This document shows, one piece after another, positions 40,201 to 53,327 of a stretch of DNA of 64,000 nt. Both the position numbers and the translations under genes were made by a program. Origin of the DNA: Saccostrea echinata (lineage: Eukaryota); contig NW_026889803.1 of NCBI RefSeq assembly GCF_033153115.1, forward strand, positions 43,338,001-43,402,000, given 5' to 3'. The notes below the pieces were generated by a model. The model was given only the letters and a program-made list of their open reading frames with translations, was not told the origin of the DNA and did not search any database. The first letter of the stretch is position 1. Every line of letters begins with the position of its first letter.

Positions 40201-40446
40201 AAAACTAGGTGCAATTTAAATACATGTATGTTGATATTTACAGGATTCTCTGATTGCATTCACCCCGTTTCTGAAGAAGATATTAACTTCAGCAAACTGC
40301 AGTGCAAGGTTCCAACTAGAAGTGGATCTTTGGAATTTGACAATTATTCTAATGCTTTGTTTGGACGAAAAGGGTGGAGTGATGCAACTTCCTGGCAAGA
40401 AGCACTTGAGCAATATTTTGAACTGGTTGCAAATAATATGAATTAA
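33331..40446 (+). CDS. Spliced integrase-core DDE transposase (IS3/IS481-like)
   Basis: Exons 33331-33343, 33508-33595, [one exon not found, possibly in gap 36285-36429], 36471-36553, 37128-37250, 37675-37725, 38757-38854, 38953-39092, 39582-39694, 39804-39955, 40244-40446. Motifs VGYRHM, RKIYYSQGPNYILHVDGYDKLKPFGFPIHGCIDGFSRRIMWL, SDPGTEN, NQRIEAWW, WNNHPI. The D-D-E triad is intact. Confidence 0.88.
37790..38611 (+). mobile_element. Decayed HINE with Cg170-type repeats in a transposase intron
   Basis: Satellite-like monomers in the opposite orientation to 31251-32798; 3' end TCAGGTAAGCATTGTGGCCCATTGGCCTCTTG. Confidence 0.7.
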
Positions 40447-41729
40447 TCCTATTTTCAACTTTTTCCTGGTGTTTGTTTTTTTCTTTTTTTTTTTTTTTTA
40501 AAATTTCCGTGGGATGCAAAATAAAAACTGATAATAATAATAAAACAGCATGCTCAATTGAGAAAATTTTTATTTATTCATATTTTGTTCGCTGTTCAAA
40601 CCAGAGGCCCTTAGGGCACAACACCTCTTTAGACCCATGTTGTACAGAGAAGAAAAAAAGGATAGGAATAGAAAAATGTTAACCACCGTGTTCTTCCAAG
40701 GTGTATTGATAAAAATTCGGGAATGTCAGAATATACTCCAACACAGAATTCTTTTCATCATGATATAGACCTAGAGAAACACAGGACTCTTTAGCAGTTC
40801 ATTTCTACAAATTTTTTTTATACTATTGACGATTATTGTATACATGCAATTGGCATTGGGAAAAAAATACATTGTGATAGTATATAATGTCGCTTACCAT
40901 TACAATCATGAACGAACACAAAAACCTGAACTTGAATATATTTAGGAAAGTATTAAAAAATTTATTTTAAAATTTCACCACAAATAAAAAAATAATTCGG
41001 AAATATTAAAAGAACAAATTGCAGTCATTTTGTACAGCATACAATAATTCGGAAATAAAGACCATATAGTTATACGAAAAAGATTCTTCATAGGTAAAAA
41101 GGAACTATATGTTTTGAGGATAAGGTCTTAAATTGTTTAAGCTAATTAGTTATTTTTGTACTTAAAAAAAGGGTCTGTCCCAGGGAAGTATTTTGCACCC
41201 TGGCATTTTTTTTTAAAGAAATACATTAATTTTTTTAAAGATAATTCTCTGAAAAATCTAACACAATAAACGTTCAGAACCCTGACATAGTTGAACATTA
41301 ACACGTTTTCCTCATGCTTCATATTTTAGTTTTTCTTAATCCCAATCATTGCTCCTTTATAACATCCCTTTATAACATCTGGGTCATTGTTTCAACTTGA
41401 AAAAAATATTACAGATGAAACACACAATGTATTCGATGAGAGGTTGAAGATGATATTATGCAGAGTTTACAACCACATTGTCATTTGGGCCCTTTGGCGC
41501 AATTTTTCGACCAAAATCTGTAATATAATTTTTAAAAAAAGTCTGTTTCTCCTTTTTCGACACAGTCATTTAACAACAGAAAGATAGGTAGGATTTTTTA
41601 AAAAGATACATGCAACGTTTTATCATTAAAATTTATCATTACTATAAATCACTCATCATCACAAGGCTGACTGAATGACCTATCTAAAATAAAATCAACC
41701 CGATGAAAACAGATATGACATGAAATACG

Positions 41730-41980
41730 AAGTGTTTGTGAAACACTAATGCCCCTGTATGGTAGATCAACACCAATTTTAATTTTTTTTATGTACGTCA
41801 AACTCCAAGGTCAAGACGTTAAAATTATTGGTACGTAAAAAAGTCCTTGTCACAAGGAATACACATGTGAAACATGAAAGCCTTAACCCCAACCAAAGTT
41901 ATAAATATGGTTATAGTTTTTGCGGACAGTCAGACCAAAAACTATATACCCCGAATTCTTTGATTATGGGGGCATAAAAT
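41730..41980 (-). mobile_element. Short HINE/pearl-like element
   Basis: AAGTGTTTGTGAAACACTAATGCCCC hairpin at one end and GGGGGCATAAAA at the other (subterminal inverted repeat). Confidence 0.5.
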
Positions 41981-44827
41981 AAAAATTCCAATGAAAAGAG
42001 GAATATAAACCTTAGCGTAGGGTCAATTTTTGTTGCTTGGTCGACAAAAGGGTAAACACGCGATATTTTAATTAAAACCAGTCTGACATGCATATGTAGA
42101 GTATGTGTAAAACACGAAGAGAGAAACGAGAAATGAAAATTGAATATAATTAAGGAATGATAAAAACCAATTACCTCAAAATGTCAACTGAGGGGACAGC
42201 TTTTGCCTTGATTTTATTTTGTTGGAGAAGAGGCTGAGTGAAATTAAAACATCGACTTAAAACACCTGACAGATTTAATTAGATATCTACAGCAGAAAAG
42301 TACATGTTTAACTGGTAAGAGACGGATCACCTCAAATTATTATCTGATTGTTACATAATCAAAGAAACAAAACGTTAAATAAAATATTTATACGTCTGTT
42401 TATCAATAACATATATATAGTACGGAAAGCTATTATAACATTGACATTAAATTTCTCTTATGATATTACCAGATTTCTATATCACAAGGATTATCTTGGT
42501 GGCAGTAAAATCTGGTAATCTGCATCAATTGATTCTTTTTTGACAAAGGTATAATTAGAGTTTTAAAATAGTTTGGACTATTATATAGTATGCCAGCGGA
42601 AATACGTTCAATAAGTTTATCACTCAAGATATCAGTTGATGACTTTATTATTTTAAGAAAAAGGTGGGTAAGCATTTCTTTCGTGTGATAGTGTTGTATG
42701 AATTAAATCTGTCAAGATTTTACGTTTTTTCAGTGTGGGATACTTGTGCGGGTCGCTGATAAATCTGACCTAAGTAAGATGTTTTCGATTCGTAGTTTAA
42801 CCCAAAATGGGTGTTAACAAATGCCAAATCGTACATTTCAAAGTTAACTTCCGAAGGAAGCAATAGTCTATTTATACATGTTGTCGCGGTTGGAAACCGC
42901 CCCTCTTCCAGCTGGAACACAATATTGTTGGCTGTATAGCATATCCCAACACAGGTATTTCTCTTGCTCCTGTTACGAAAGCTAGAATGTTTTCCAGACT
43001 GACCTTGTCACCCCGTCTTCCAGCTGAAAAAAATTATACCTTTAAATTAACATTTTTACTTTAATATGATAAACAAAAAGTACATAATTTTTAGGTGCAT
43101 TGTTTATTCGGAATACCTAACAACAGCGGATAAATTCGAACTCTTCTTTTTTTCCGTCAGAGAATCACTGAACACTGCAGTACGTACCGTAGACATCTCT
43201 GACGTATTTGAGGAATTGTCTATACATGTATATTGTTTCTTCAACCCTCCTCCTATTAGTCCCTTCCTCGCTGAACTTGACTTCGAATGTTTTGATAAAC
43301 TTTTGTACGGTGAGTACAATATTTTCAATTCTTCGAAAAAGGAACTTCAGGGTTCTTTTGCCCCTCATCAACTGTAAAACATTGTTTTATGTATATACTA
43401 ATTTTTTTTCTAAGGACATGTACCAGCATCATTTAAAAAGGCATAATCTGTATATTCAAAGAACGACATGTAATCAAACTACCAGGAATTAAATCAGTAT
43501 TTAAAAAGCATTCAATATAATTACATGTAGTTGAATAAACATCTTTAAATAAATGTAAGCTTTGAATTGTAAATTTTTTGGACTATCATTGAATCATAAC
43601 GCACACGTATTTCTAACGCGCTATTGAGCGGAATTTAAATTCCACATCGTTCACAGGTTTCAGTGATATGCATTTTTTATGGACTCATAACAAACCCCAC
43701 AAGGATTCAACGGGAAGAAGCCAGTTGAAATGCTTTTTGACGAGAAAGACGTTTCTTACTAATACAACTATGTTTTTAAAAATATTCCTATTTCAATATG
43801 GAATTGGAATATAAATTATATCCTTGTCCGCATCCAAACAGTGATTTTTTTTTTTTTTTTTGGCAAGGTAATCTGTTAGCGAAGCGACATGCTTGTGATT
43901 CAATCTGGAGTGGAGTCACATAAATAGATATGTCAGCAACCTACGTGGGCTAGCTCTGTTATAAAAAAAAACACATGGTACGCAGAAGAAAAAATTTTAA
44001 TTGATTTGAAATAGCTCCTCCCCGTAATATGACCCAGACTACTTTTTTTTATTACTGAATTTTCTCCAAACTTAACCTAGCGCCCTATCAGTGTACCATA
44101 AATCTTGGGTTGCTGAAACAATAACGAGAATGACTTGATAACTTTGTGGGGATTTTTTATGCAAGTGTGTGCATTGTTTGTTCACAACTAACACAGATTA
44201 AGAATACATTATTTTGAGAGAACATATAGTTATGGTGCTTCACTTCTATTTAAGCTTTTATAAAATGACCAAGAAATTAGCTATAGAAGTGTTTTGCTCA
44301 TTTTTAATGAAGTAAGCAATCATTAATATCTAATTGTAAACACTTAAACTTATTTAATTTTTGCACTTATTTTCTTGAACCCTTTTAATAATGCCAAACA
44401 AACCCACAAAATCTGATCGGTAACGTGTTATTTTACAGCATTATTGTGCTGTGCGATAAATTTGACAAATGATCGACGTTTATAGCCATGGGAATTACCT
44501 AAATGTTATAAAGTTCAGCAGTTGTAAACAGCAGAATCTTAATAAATAGATGGACTTGTTTATCTTAAATATTTGGTCAATTTATTAGCATAATCTCTTT
44601 GATGTTTCATGTCCAGATTCATTGTTGATATTTAGACCTTTTAAGCTGAGGGTTTAAGAGAGCTAATGTTAACTTGTCATCGTCTTTTCTAGAATCACTG
44701 GCCAATTCATCTGACTGGTCATACTTCACATTAATGTAAAAAAAAAAAAAAAAAAAAAAAAACATAGCTCTAAGCATATTAGATATCTCCCCTATTGTGA
44801 CCGTCTACTCGATCCATCTAGTTATGT

Positions 44828-45320
44828 TATTAGTCCCCTACCGGTGAAACCGGAGGGGACTATAGGTTTCCTCTGAGTCTGTCCGTCCGTCTGTCTGTCT
44901 GTCCGTCCGTCTGTCTGTCTGTCTGTCCCTCTGTCTGTCTGTCAGTCTGTCCCACTTGGTTTTCCGCACTTTTTTCCTAAATGCTTGCAGATATTGAGCT
45001 GATTTTTGGTATGTGAGTGTATTTTGATGAGTTACAGATCAAGTTTGAATTTCCTTCCGCTTCATTGATTTTTGACGGAATTACGGCCTTTTCAATTTTT
45101 ACGGGTTTTCCGCAATTTTCTTCTAAACGCTTGTAGATATGGAGCTGATTTTTGGTATGTGGCTTTACCTTGATTAGTTATAGATCAAGTTCGCATTTCG
45201 TCCCGCTTCATTAATTTTTGACAGAATTATGGCATTTTCAATTCTTAACGGGAACCAGATTACATGCACTTGCCGGTAGGGGACTAGTATTGCTAATGCA
45301 ATACTCTCAGAATGCTTGTT
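44828..45320 (+). mobile_element. Pearl/CvA-like HINE
   Basis: TTATTAGTCCCCTACCGG..CCGGAGGGGACTA hairpin, (GTCT/GTCC)n, two core repeats, and 3' CCGGTAGGGGACTAGTATTGC..GCAATAC. Confidence 0.8.
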
Positions 45321-47754
45321 GATACGGGAATAGCTGAGTGTATATGCAGATGTTTTCACACTTGTATTAATGTCGCAACAAAATCAGGTCTATAGTATAA
45401 TGCTTTACAACACATTTGGAATTGGGTTCACTTCCTTACCATGCACATCTAAATTCCGTATTTTATTTCGCTTTTTAATCTTGTAATTTCTTCTTCTTTT
45501 TTTCATTTAACAATTTTGTTCTTTATTTTGTAAATTTAGTTATTTTATTTATATTTTTTATTTTGCACTATTGGGCTTTCGGAATTAAACGACTAAAAGT
45601 GCGTTGTGAATAATTCACGGTAAAACGAGTCGTAAATAATTTAATATTATTAAAAGCGGGAAATTTCATAATTTAGAGACATTAGTAACCAGCAGGCAAA
45701 CACTATAAAATCAAAGATGTACCTGAATCAGCCCTGTCTTTTCCAGTCCCCGGACGAACTGGTCTTTTTGCTCTGATTCCGGAGATTGGAAGAGCTGATC
45801 CAGAAAGTCAGCTAATGACCCTCCTTGAATAGCACTCAGACCTGGAATTCAGATAAATAAAGAAGGAAAATAGCAATTTGCACATCTATAAGGTAAATAT
45901 ATATGTAACGTCCGAGCAATTATCAGATAAATTAATTAGTCCATTTCTTATTGCAGGTAGCAATAATATGTAAAATATAAGTAAACGCTCAATGCGTAAT
46001 CCAGGTATTTAATCGCTCCCGGCGATTTACTCCTGCTTTGGAAATCAAAAGTTAGTATCGGGTTAAATTTTATTTACACATAATCATAGTTAAGAATCAT
46101 CCAAAATCAACACAATAAAACACTGTATAATTAATCCTGGAACAATTTTTGAGCGAAGTATCTCCCAACAGAACTATATGAAAAAACTGTCCTCGTATCA
46201 AATAAGTACCCGTATATATACTAAATGACCATCACTCCTAAGGAGTGATGGGGTATAAACAAATGACCGTCACTCCTAATGAGTGACCGGGAGTTATATA
46301 AATACTGCAGAATATTAAATAAACAAATAAAATAATAAATTTAGAAAAAGGCTGACTTAAAAATACGTGACATATAATAATGCTGTATGACCTCCTTTTT
46401 GCTTAAAAATAGATATTGAATCCTTGTTCGATCATTTTTGCAAGATTTTTTGATATATCTCGGTATTTATTTTCTGCCATTATTGTTATTTATGCCAGGG
46501 TAAAAATAGTTAACTTTTACATTAATCCGTTGAGTTATTCTAAATTTTAATTTTGACTAACCTATTGTGATTCCAGCGTAATAATAGTAATAACGCGCCA
46601 GTGCCTCCTCGTCTAAGTGCAAGGTGACTATACCATTTGAAACTGACACAAGTTTCTCTTTGATGGCAGTGAGCATCAATTCGAAAAATTCCCTCCTAGG
46701 TCCACCATAATCTTCGGCGTTCTCCCCATGGAAGTTTACTTCCAAGGGATATCTGAGGTTTTCAAGATGCTGCAACTCCTCAATGGCATCCTGGAATATG
46801 TCACCGCGACTAACAAAAATAGAGCAGGTCTCTCCTTCGATGACCACCGACTCGTGGGATATATCCAGTGGCCGTCCCCTCATGTAGATGGACTGATATT
46901 CTTTAAGAATTTCCACTGGATCAGAGGACTGTGTTCTGGAAAAAAAAAATATATCAACTGTATGTGAGTGCATGGAAGTTCGGAATGAAGCATTCATTGA
47001 AACATGAATTAATACATGTAACTTTTAATTCAAACATACAAAACATGTGATATTTTAGCAATTTTTTTTTAAATGCATACCCATATCTTGTTTACTTTTA
47101 ATTGTTTTCTTAAAGTATTGAAAATAATAATGTCAGTTAGAACACTTACTTTAAAACTTTTTCCGCCAAATATGACGGAATTTCTGATGGCATTGCATAT
47201 GATCCCGGAACAGGCTCCTCCATGTCTATGGATTCTGTCACTCTACAATTAACAAATACATACATATTCATACATATATGAATGTCATGGTAATCGGTGC
47301 ATATTTTAAACATTTATATTCACTTTTCCGAAACTATTTTTATCTATTCCTTAAGTAATAAGTTCTGATACAAAAATAATAAAAGACTATTAATTATCCG
47401 ATTTATAAGTTTGACTAACCTAAAGAGCCGAAGTGTGTACGAATATATCATTCCCATTGTTATAGATTGCATACAATGAAATTGATCTTTACTCGATAGA
47501 TAACTTTTTGAAAATAACCTGTTTTTCTCCCTAAAACGTGTCAGAAATTAATTTAAGACAATGAACAATATGAGTTGTCAACAGTTCATTAATCGCAGTG
47601 AATGTCTGTTATGGCCACGGCCCTCTCTTTTTGGCATATTTACGAATAGTCATGATTGAAATTGCCAACTTATGTTAAATGATTTGTTAAAAAATATCCA
47701 TGCTCTGGCCATAGCTATATGCATACTTAACCCTCATATAGTGGCGTTGAATAA

Positions 47755-48262
47755 GGCATATTATAAAACTTGGCCTGGCCCTTCTGACCTGGCTTTGCCT
47801 CAAAGTTGGCCTGGCCTCTATTTTGGCCTCTAATTTGGCTCCAGACCTGGTCTCAAAAGTTGGCCTGGCCTCAAATTTGGCTTCTGTAAAAAATTGTTGG
47901 CCTCACACACCAAAAAAATTTCTTTTTCAGAATTTTGATTGATTTTATTGATATTTTATTGGTTTCAGTTTTCAAAGTTAAAACAGATAAATAATATATT
48001 TCTGTTGATTTTTAAATGTGTACGTTAAAATAATCATGATCCACCACCATCTGATTTATTTTATTGATTATCGATCAATCAGTTCTCATAGATTTCTTAT
48101 TAATATGATTTGAAAACATTTCATACTGACGCACTACCAATAGTCTTGCTTGATTATTTACAACAGTGTTTCAAAGTTTATTTTGTATTTTCCAAAGTAT
48201 GTACATTGAAAACAATCTCAAGATATATTCCAAAGGGACCAGGCCAGGTTTTATAGTATGCC
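47755..48262. mobile_element. MITE with ~29-bp TIR and 9-bp TSD
   Basis: GGCATATTATAAAACTTGGCCTGG ... CCAGGCCAGGTTTTATAGTATGCC; flanks GTTGAATAA / GTTGAATCA; internal TGGCC repeats. Confidence 0.75.
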
Positions 48263-49242
48263 GTTGAATCATTCACAGTATGGAGACAAAATGTCTTTGA
48301 TTAAATTTATTTGAAGGGTTCTAACCATACAGCATACCAAAGAGGTTTCTTCGGTTAAATAATGATTATGAACCCTATCTGAATACTGACCCAGTTTCAG
48401 TAGTCCCTTTTTATTTTCATCTTCTTTAGGAGTGGAGGTCAAAGGCAATATTTCTGGTAAATCATCGGAGGACGAGGAATCGCTGATGATTTCAATATCC
48501 TCAGAATGTTGATTTGCCTCATAGTCAGCTTAAAAGATTCATCGTTGGAAACATCATTACCATTGTATTTAATATGCAGGTTATAGTTGAGGTTTGTGGA
48601 GCTCTTGAAAGTGTGCCAATATTTTAGTCTTTATACGTAAACCATTTTCCCCCTCTCTCTCTCACTTTCAAATACCTTTCGCTCAAAATAATTTGGAATT
48701 GTGCTATGAGTGTAAATTGGTGAATACAGTATTCCCTTACCTTTCGTACACAAAAATAATCTAAGCCTATCGAATCGTCTTTGAGGGTCAATACTGTCCC
48801 TGTAACCTTTAATTGAGAAGGGTTCGTCGGATCCAGGAATTTTGTTTACTATAGAACCATCCGGATATAATAAGTGGAATAGCTCATTTGATTTGTATTT
48901 TTGTCTGAACACTCTGTTTTGATCAGAAAATTTCTCAAAGGCTGCATTCTTTATATCATCTGACACGTTTCCTTCCTTGGAGAAAGGTCCAACTATCACC
49001 ATTCCCCCGCATCCAGACAGACTAAGCGCAGACATCTTACAAAACACCCCATTTTTGAAATATCCATTTCCAACAGAAATCTGAAAAGGAATCAAATGTA
49101 ACAGTTCAAATTTTTGGTCACTCCAAATAAATTAATACCTACTCGTAAACATCAATATTCCAAGATATGTCTGCACAGAACTACTTGTAACACGACTACA
49201 AGTTCGAAATGCAATTACAAAATGTACACGGATGGTTATTTC

Positions 49243-50631
49243 TACGATGGCCGACAGCGGCCGCCACCTTTGATTAAGAATATTGTAATTTTGTACAGCG
49301 TTTTTGTCAATTTTTGTTGACAAATTACAACTAAACTGGTAATGTTATATGTACATACAAAGGTTTACACTGACAATATACACCAGAGGAAATCATTAAA
49401 CTTCTTTCAAGTGATATGAAATGTAGATACATAAAACAGGCGAGGTAATTCTAGATTAGTATTGGCTTCTAGCTAGATATGCTTCCTCGACAGATTGTAG
49501 TAATTAATTTAAAAAATCCCACGTTGGTGTACGTACTAGTCACATCATAGATAACCATTTTTTTCTGGGTCTATAAGAAATTTGATTTTTCTATATAGTG
49601 GGACGTGACGATGTCTTTGGTGTATGAATTATTTTTTTATTAATGTGCACAAAATAATTCATCATAGTACATGTATAGCTATTTTAATTGGTCGTGACAC
49701 ATAGAAAAATAATTAGTCGACCAGGTGGAATACTTTTGAGGCTGCGTTGGCCTTTAAAAGTGTTTCAAACACTTGATTATTAATTTTATATATTTAAGGA
49801 GCAAACACAGACTCCCACATTTAAGGTTGACATTTTATTCTTGTTAAAAAAACGGGTATATTTCCGTATCTAAAGTTTTGTTTTTGATACAATCCAAAAA
49901 CTTTAGACTGGATGCTCTCATGTATAGCTGCTAAATCCTGTTGCTCTACCTCTGCATAATTGGTAGAATCGAGCTGTCTCATAAACTACATGTATGCGAT
50001 ACAGTACCAACCAGACCCAACCTGACACCAAAGCAGTCCCAGAAAGCAGTCCCCGGGACTGCTTTGGGACCGCTCTGGGACTGCTGTGGGACTGCTCTGG
50101 GACCGCTGTGGGACTGCTCTTGGACTGCTGTGGGACTGCTCTGGGACCGCTCTGGGACTGCTCTGGGACCGCTGTGGGACTGCTAAAGCAGTCCCAGAAA
50201 GCAGTCCCCGGGACTGCTCTGGGACTGCTTTGTGTCAGGTTGGGTCTGGCTGGTACTGTATATTGATGTGTATCCATAACAAAACTGTATTTATCCACAT
50301 AATTGTGATAATCCTTAGATTTTTTTTAAGATGCAGCAAGAAAGAAAATGACAAATGACAATTTTACATCTAACATCTAGGGTACGATATCTCAGACTAA
50401 TTAAGAGTGAAAAATCATTACAAAGCACCTTATCTCTTCCAAGTCATCTGTTTTATGTATGTTAATTTCATATCACAAGAAAGAATTTTAATGTTTTTCG
50501 CTGGAGGAAATTGTCAGTGTAAAAACTGTACATGTACATTTAACATACCAGTTTAGTTGTAATTTGTCAACGAAAATTGACAAAAATGCTGTACAAAATG
50601 ACGGTTTTCTTAATCAGAAAGTGGCGGCCGC
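49243..50631 (+). mobile_element. Non-autonomous derivative of the host IS3EU-like element, nested inside it
   Basis: Left end TACGATGGCCGACAGCGGCCGCCAC plus diverged TIR; right TIR ends GTGGCGGCCGC and lacks the last 14 bp; TSD TATTTC at 49237-49242 and 50632-50637. Confidence 0.85.
50002..50258. mobile_element. Tc1/pogo-type MITE filled with an 11-bp minisatellite (GGGACYGCTST)
   Basis: TA|CAGTACCAACCAGACCCAACCTGACAC ... GTGTCAGGTTGGGTCTGGCTGGTACTG|TA. Confidence 0.85.
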
Positions 50632-52374
50632 TATTTCTCTCTCCCCCCCCCCCCCTTAATTTTGTTTCAAATACGAAATAAACTTGCCATGACTTTATCT
50701 TGCTTTTTGCTCTTCTCATTTACGTGAACATGTCTGCTTGGCTGTCTAGATGCTAGTTGCATTCTGTACGACTGAAACATTCCAAATCTCGAAGAATTGT
50801 CTGAACAGAGAAAAATACAAACTTGATTTAACGACTCGATGGGGACTAAATAACTTTACAATGAGGATCTTTGACATTTTTGGATAGTAGAGGAATTGCT
50901 TTTATTAATTAACACTTTAGAAATAATTTGTCCCAAAGTAATTTACATCTTACAACAAACATTAATAGAAATAATAATAGAATCCAAGTGGATGTAGGCT
51001 ATGTCTGTCCACTTCTCCAAGGAGAATATAATGACACAGTTTATTCTACCGAATAAAGTAGATTTTAAAAAAAATGATGTTTCTTGTGTCCAGGTTCTTG
51101 TTTGTAAGTCATGATTTTATTTTGCTGTATGTACTTGTATCTGTCTAATACTGTACGTATTTTACCTATCCGTAGTTGCCGAAATCCCCAAAAATTAAAA
51201 ATGAATGGAGTTCTTATAACCTGATATATTTAATTTATGGATTAGTATTTACATCATCGGAATATTTAATCCATTATTTCCTATGAAAATCATGGCTATT
51301 TATCAATCAGTAAACGCCGTTTTCAGGCCACCTGTATAAAATCTTAGATAGTGTGCTTTAACTGCTTTTCAATCAATGAAACATACAATGATGTACCTAC
51401 ATGCAATATTGAACTTACTTTATAGGAGTATTTATAGAGACATAGATATAATCAATAAAATGTTTTTCTTTGATGGCTTATGCGGGTTGTGTATTTTTTC
51501 TGTTACAGCTACAATCGTGGATTCCAGTTCCAACAATCAGAGAAATTTTTTTTATTGTTTTTAAAAGGCGACTTTTTATTGTAAAAAAGTTATTGAATAA
51601 ATATTATTTAAACTAGAAATTAAGGATTTTTGCTTTTGATAAAGATTAAAATGCATGCCTATCATCCAATCATACAGAGTATTACAAGTGAAATAGAAAA
51701 ACGAGTAACGACCTCCGTTAAGGAAATCACATTGAATAATGGGATTGATAAAATAAAGCTCCTGGTTCATATCAAAAGTGTACACACTTGACAAAGATAC
51801 TGGTCCACTGTTAACAACCAAATAAACTCGTCCTGACACTTGCCATCCGCCATTTGGTTCCAAGAAGACATTCTCTCGACAAAGTATATGGTGTTGTTTA
51901 TCATCGTGATCTTCTTTAAACCTGACAGAAATTGCATTTGGAAATGCGCTTCCTGTTCGAAATGAAATGTCTAGCTTTTAAGTACGTTGTGCACTTTTAG
52001 AAAAATTCATTTCTTTATTACATTGAAAGAGTTAAAATATATATAAACATACGTAAGTCCTCTAGAGTTAGCTTATTATCTTCCGGGATTGGAAAATAAA
52101 TTAATGTTTCCTCTTCATCATCCAAGCAGCGAATTGGAATATTAGACCTGATAATTATACATAAGCATAAAGAATTAATTAAAATAAAGTTATGGGGTTC
52201 CAACTTGTTATCTGATTGGTGTTTAAAGGTAAACATTTTTAAAAAAAAATTCTTAATCTTTTAAATTTAATAAGGCTGACTGTAATATTAAGCAAAAACT
52301 TTTGTTCCAGAATGATGTTTCTATAGCAATAAATATCTTGGACTTCATCTAACTGTTTTCATGCAGCAAGATCA

Positions 52375-53327
52375 GGCTCCGGGGCCATAAAACTTAGATG
52401 AGCTCACTTTTGGTTTGAACATATTTTATTGTAATTTCTAATTACAAAGGGATTGGGCACAAGTTCTAAAAACTTATTACGCCCTCTCCCTACATGTAAA
52501 TTACAAAGATTAAATTAGTTGAATATGTACATTCAAAGTATTCAATATTTGCAAAATTAACAAATCAATGCATTTAAAAGAATCATGCATATAATTTTAT
52601 AAATACATGCATATATAAATAAAAATATTTATGTTAATACTAATACTAACATGTGAATCTGCCAGAATGTTTGATAAATGTTTGAACAATAGAGAAAAGA
52701 CATTCATTCTTCACAGCACTCAGTGATTCTATACCCCATAATAAGACATGTGTATCTAAAATGTGAATTTTATCAAATAATAAAAAAATATCTAAAAATT
52801 CCTTTCTGGCTTTTTTATACTTTTGACATACAAAAAAATAATGATACGCACATGAGTATAAAGGGCTTGAGATTAAATTGCGTCTGTAAAGGTCATTATT
52901 TAATGAACAATTATGTCGAAGTCTGGTCTGGAGAACATTCAGTTGCCAGTTACCATATTCAAAATATGTTGATGGGGCAGATTTTTTAATACTTATTTTA
53001 GATTTAAAATTTGACATCAATTGTAAGTTTCTTTTTTCAAGTGGTAATGAGTTCCATTCATTAACTACAGTAGGAATAAACGATGACTTATTAATCTGTA
53101 ATCTACATTTCGGAATATCTTAATTTTGAACATTTCTAGTAGAATAGTTATAAGTATTACGTCGCATATCTGGAAGTATGTCCATAAGATAATCCGGTAC
53201 TAAATTATCATACATTTTAAAAATGCTTACTTTTGATCTAAGTCTCAATTTTCCACTATAAATTCCTTATGTAAAAGTGAAACTGAGATCAAAAGTGAGC
53301 TCATCAAAGATTTATGGCCCCGGAGCC
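52375..53327. mobile_element. Small TIR element interrupted by a CR1 fragment
   Basis: GGCTCCGGGGCCATAAAACTTAGATGAGCTCACTTTT and its inverted copy at 53291-53327. Confidence 0.8.
52411..53222 (-). mobile_element. CR1-type LINE 3' fragment
   Basis: SSFIPTVVNEWNSLP, LQTRLRHNCSLNNDLY..HYFFVCQKY..FIKHSGRF; imperfect TSD GCTCACTTTTG / GCTTACTTTTG. Confidence 0.8.

Noticed and set aside
49918-50358. Several overlapping repetitive ORFs (PEQSQS.., LWDCSG..)
   Set aside because: Artefacts of an 11-bp stop-free minisatellite inside a MITE.
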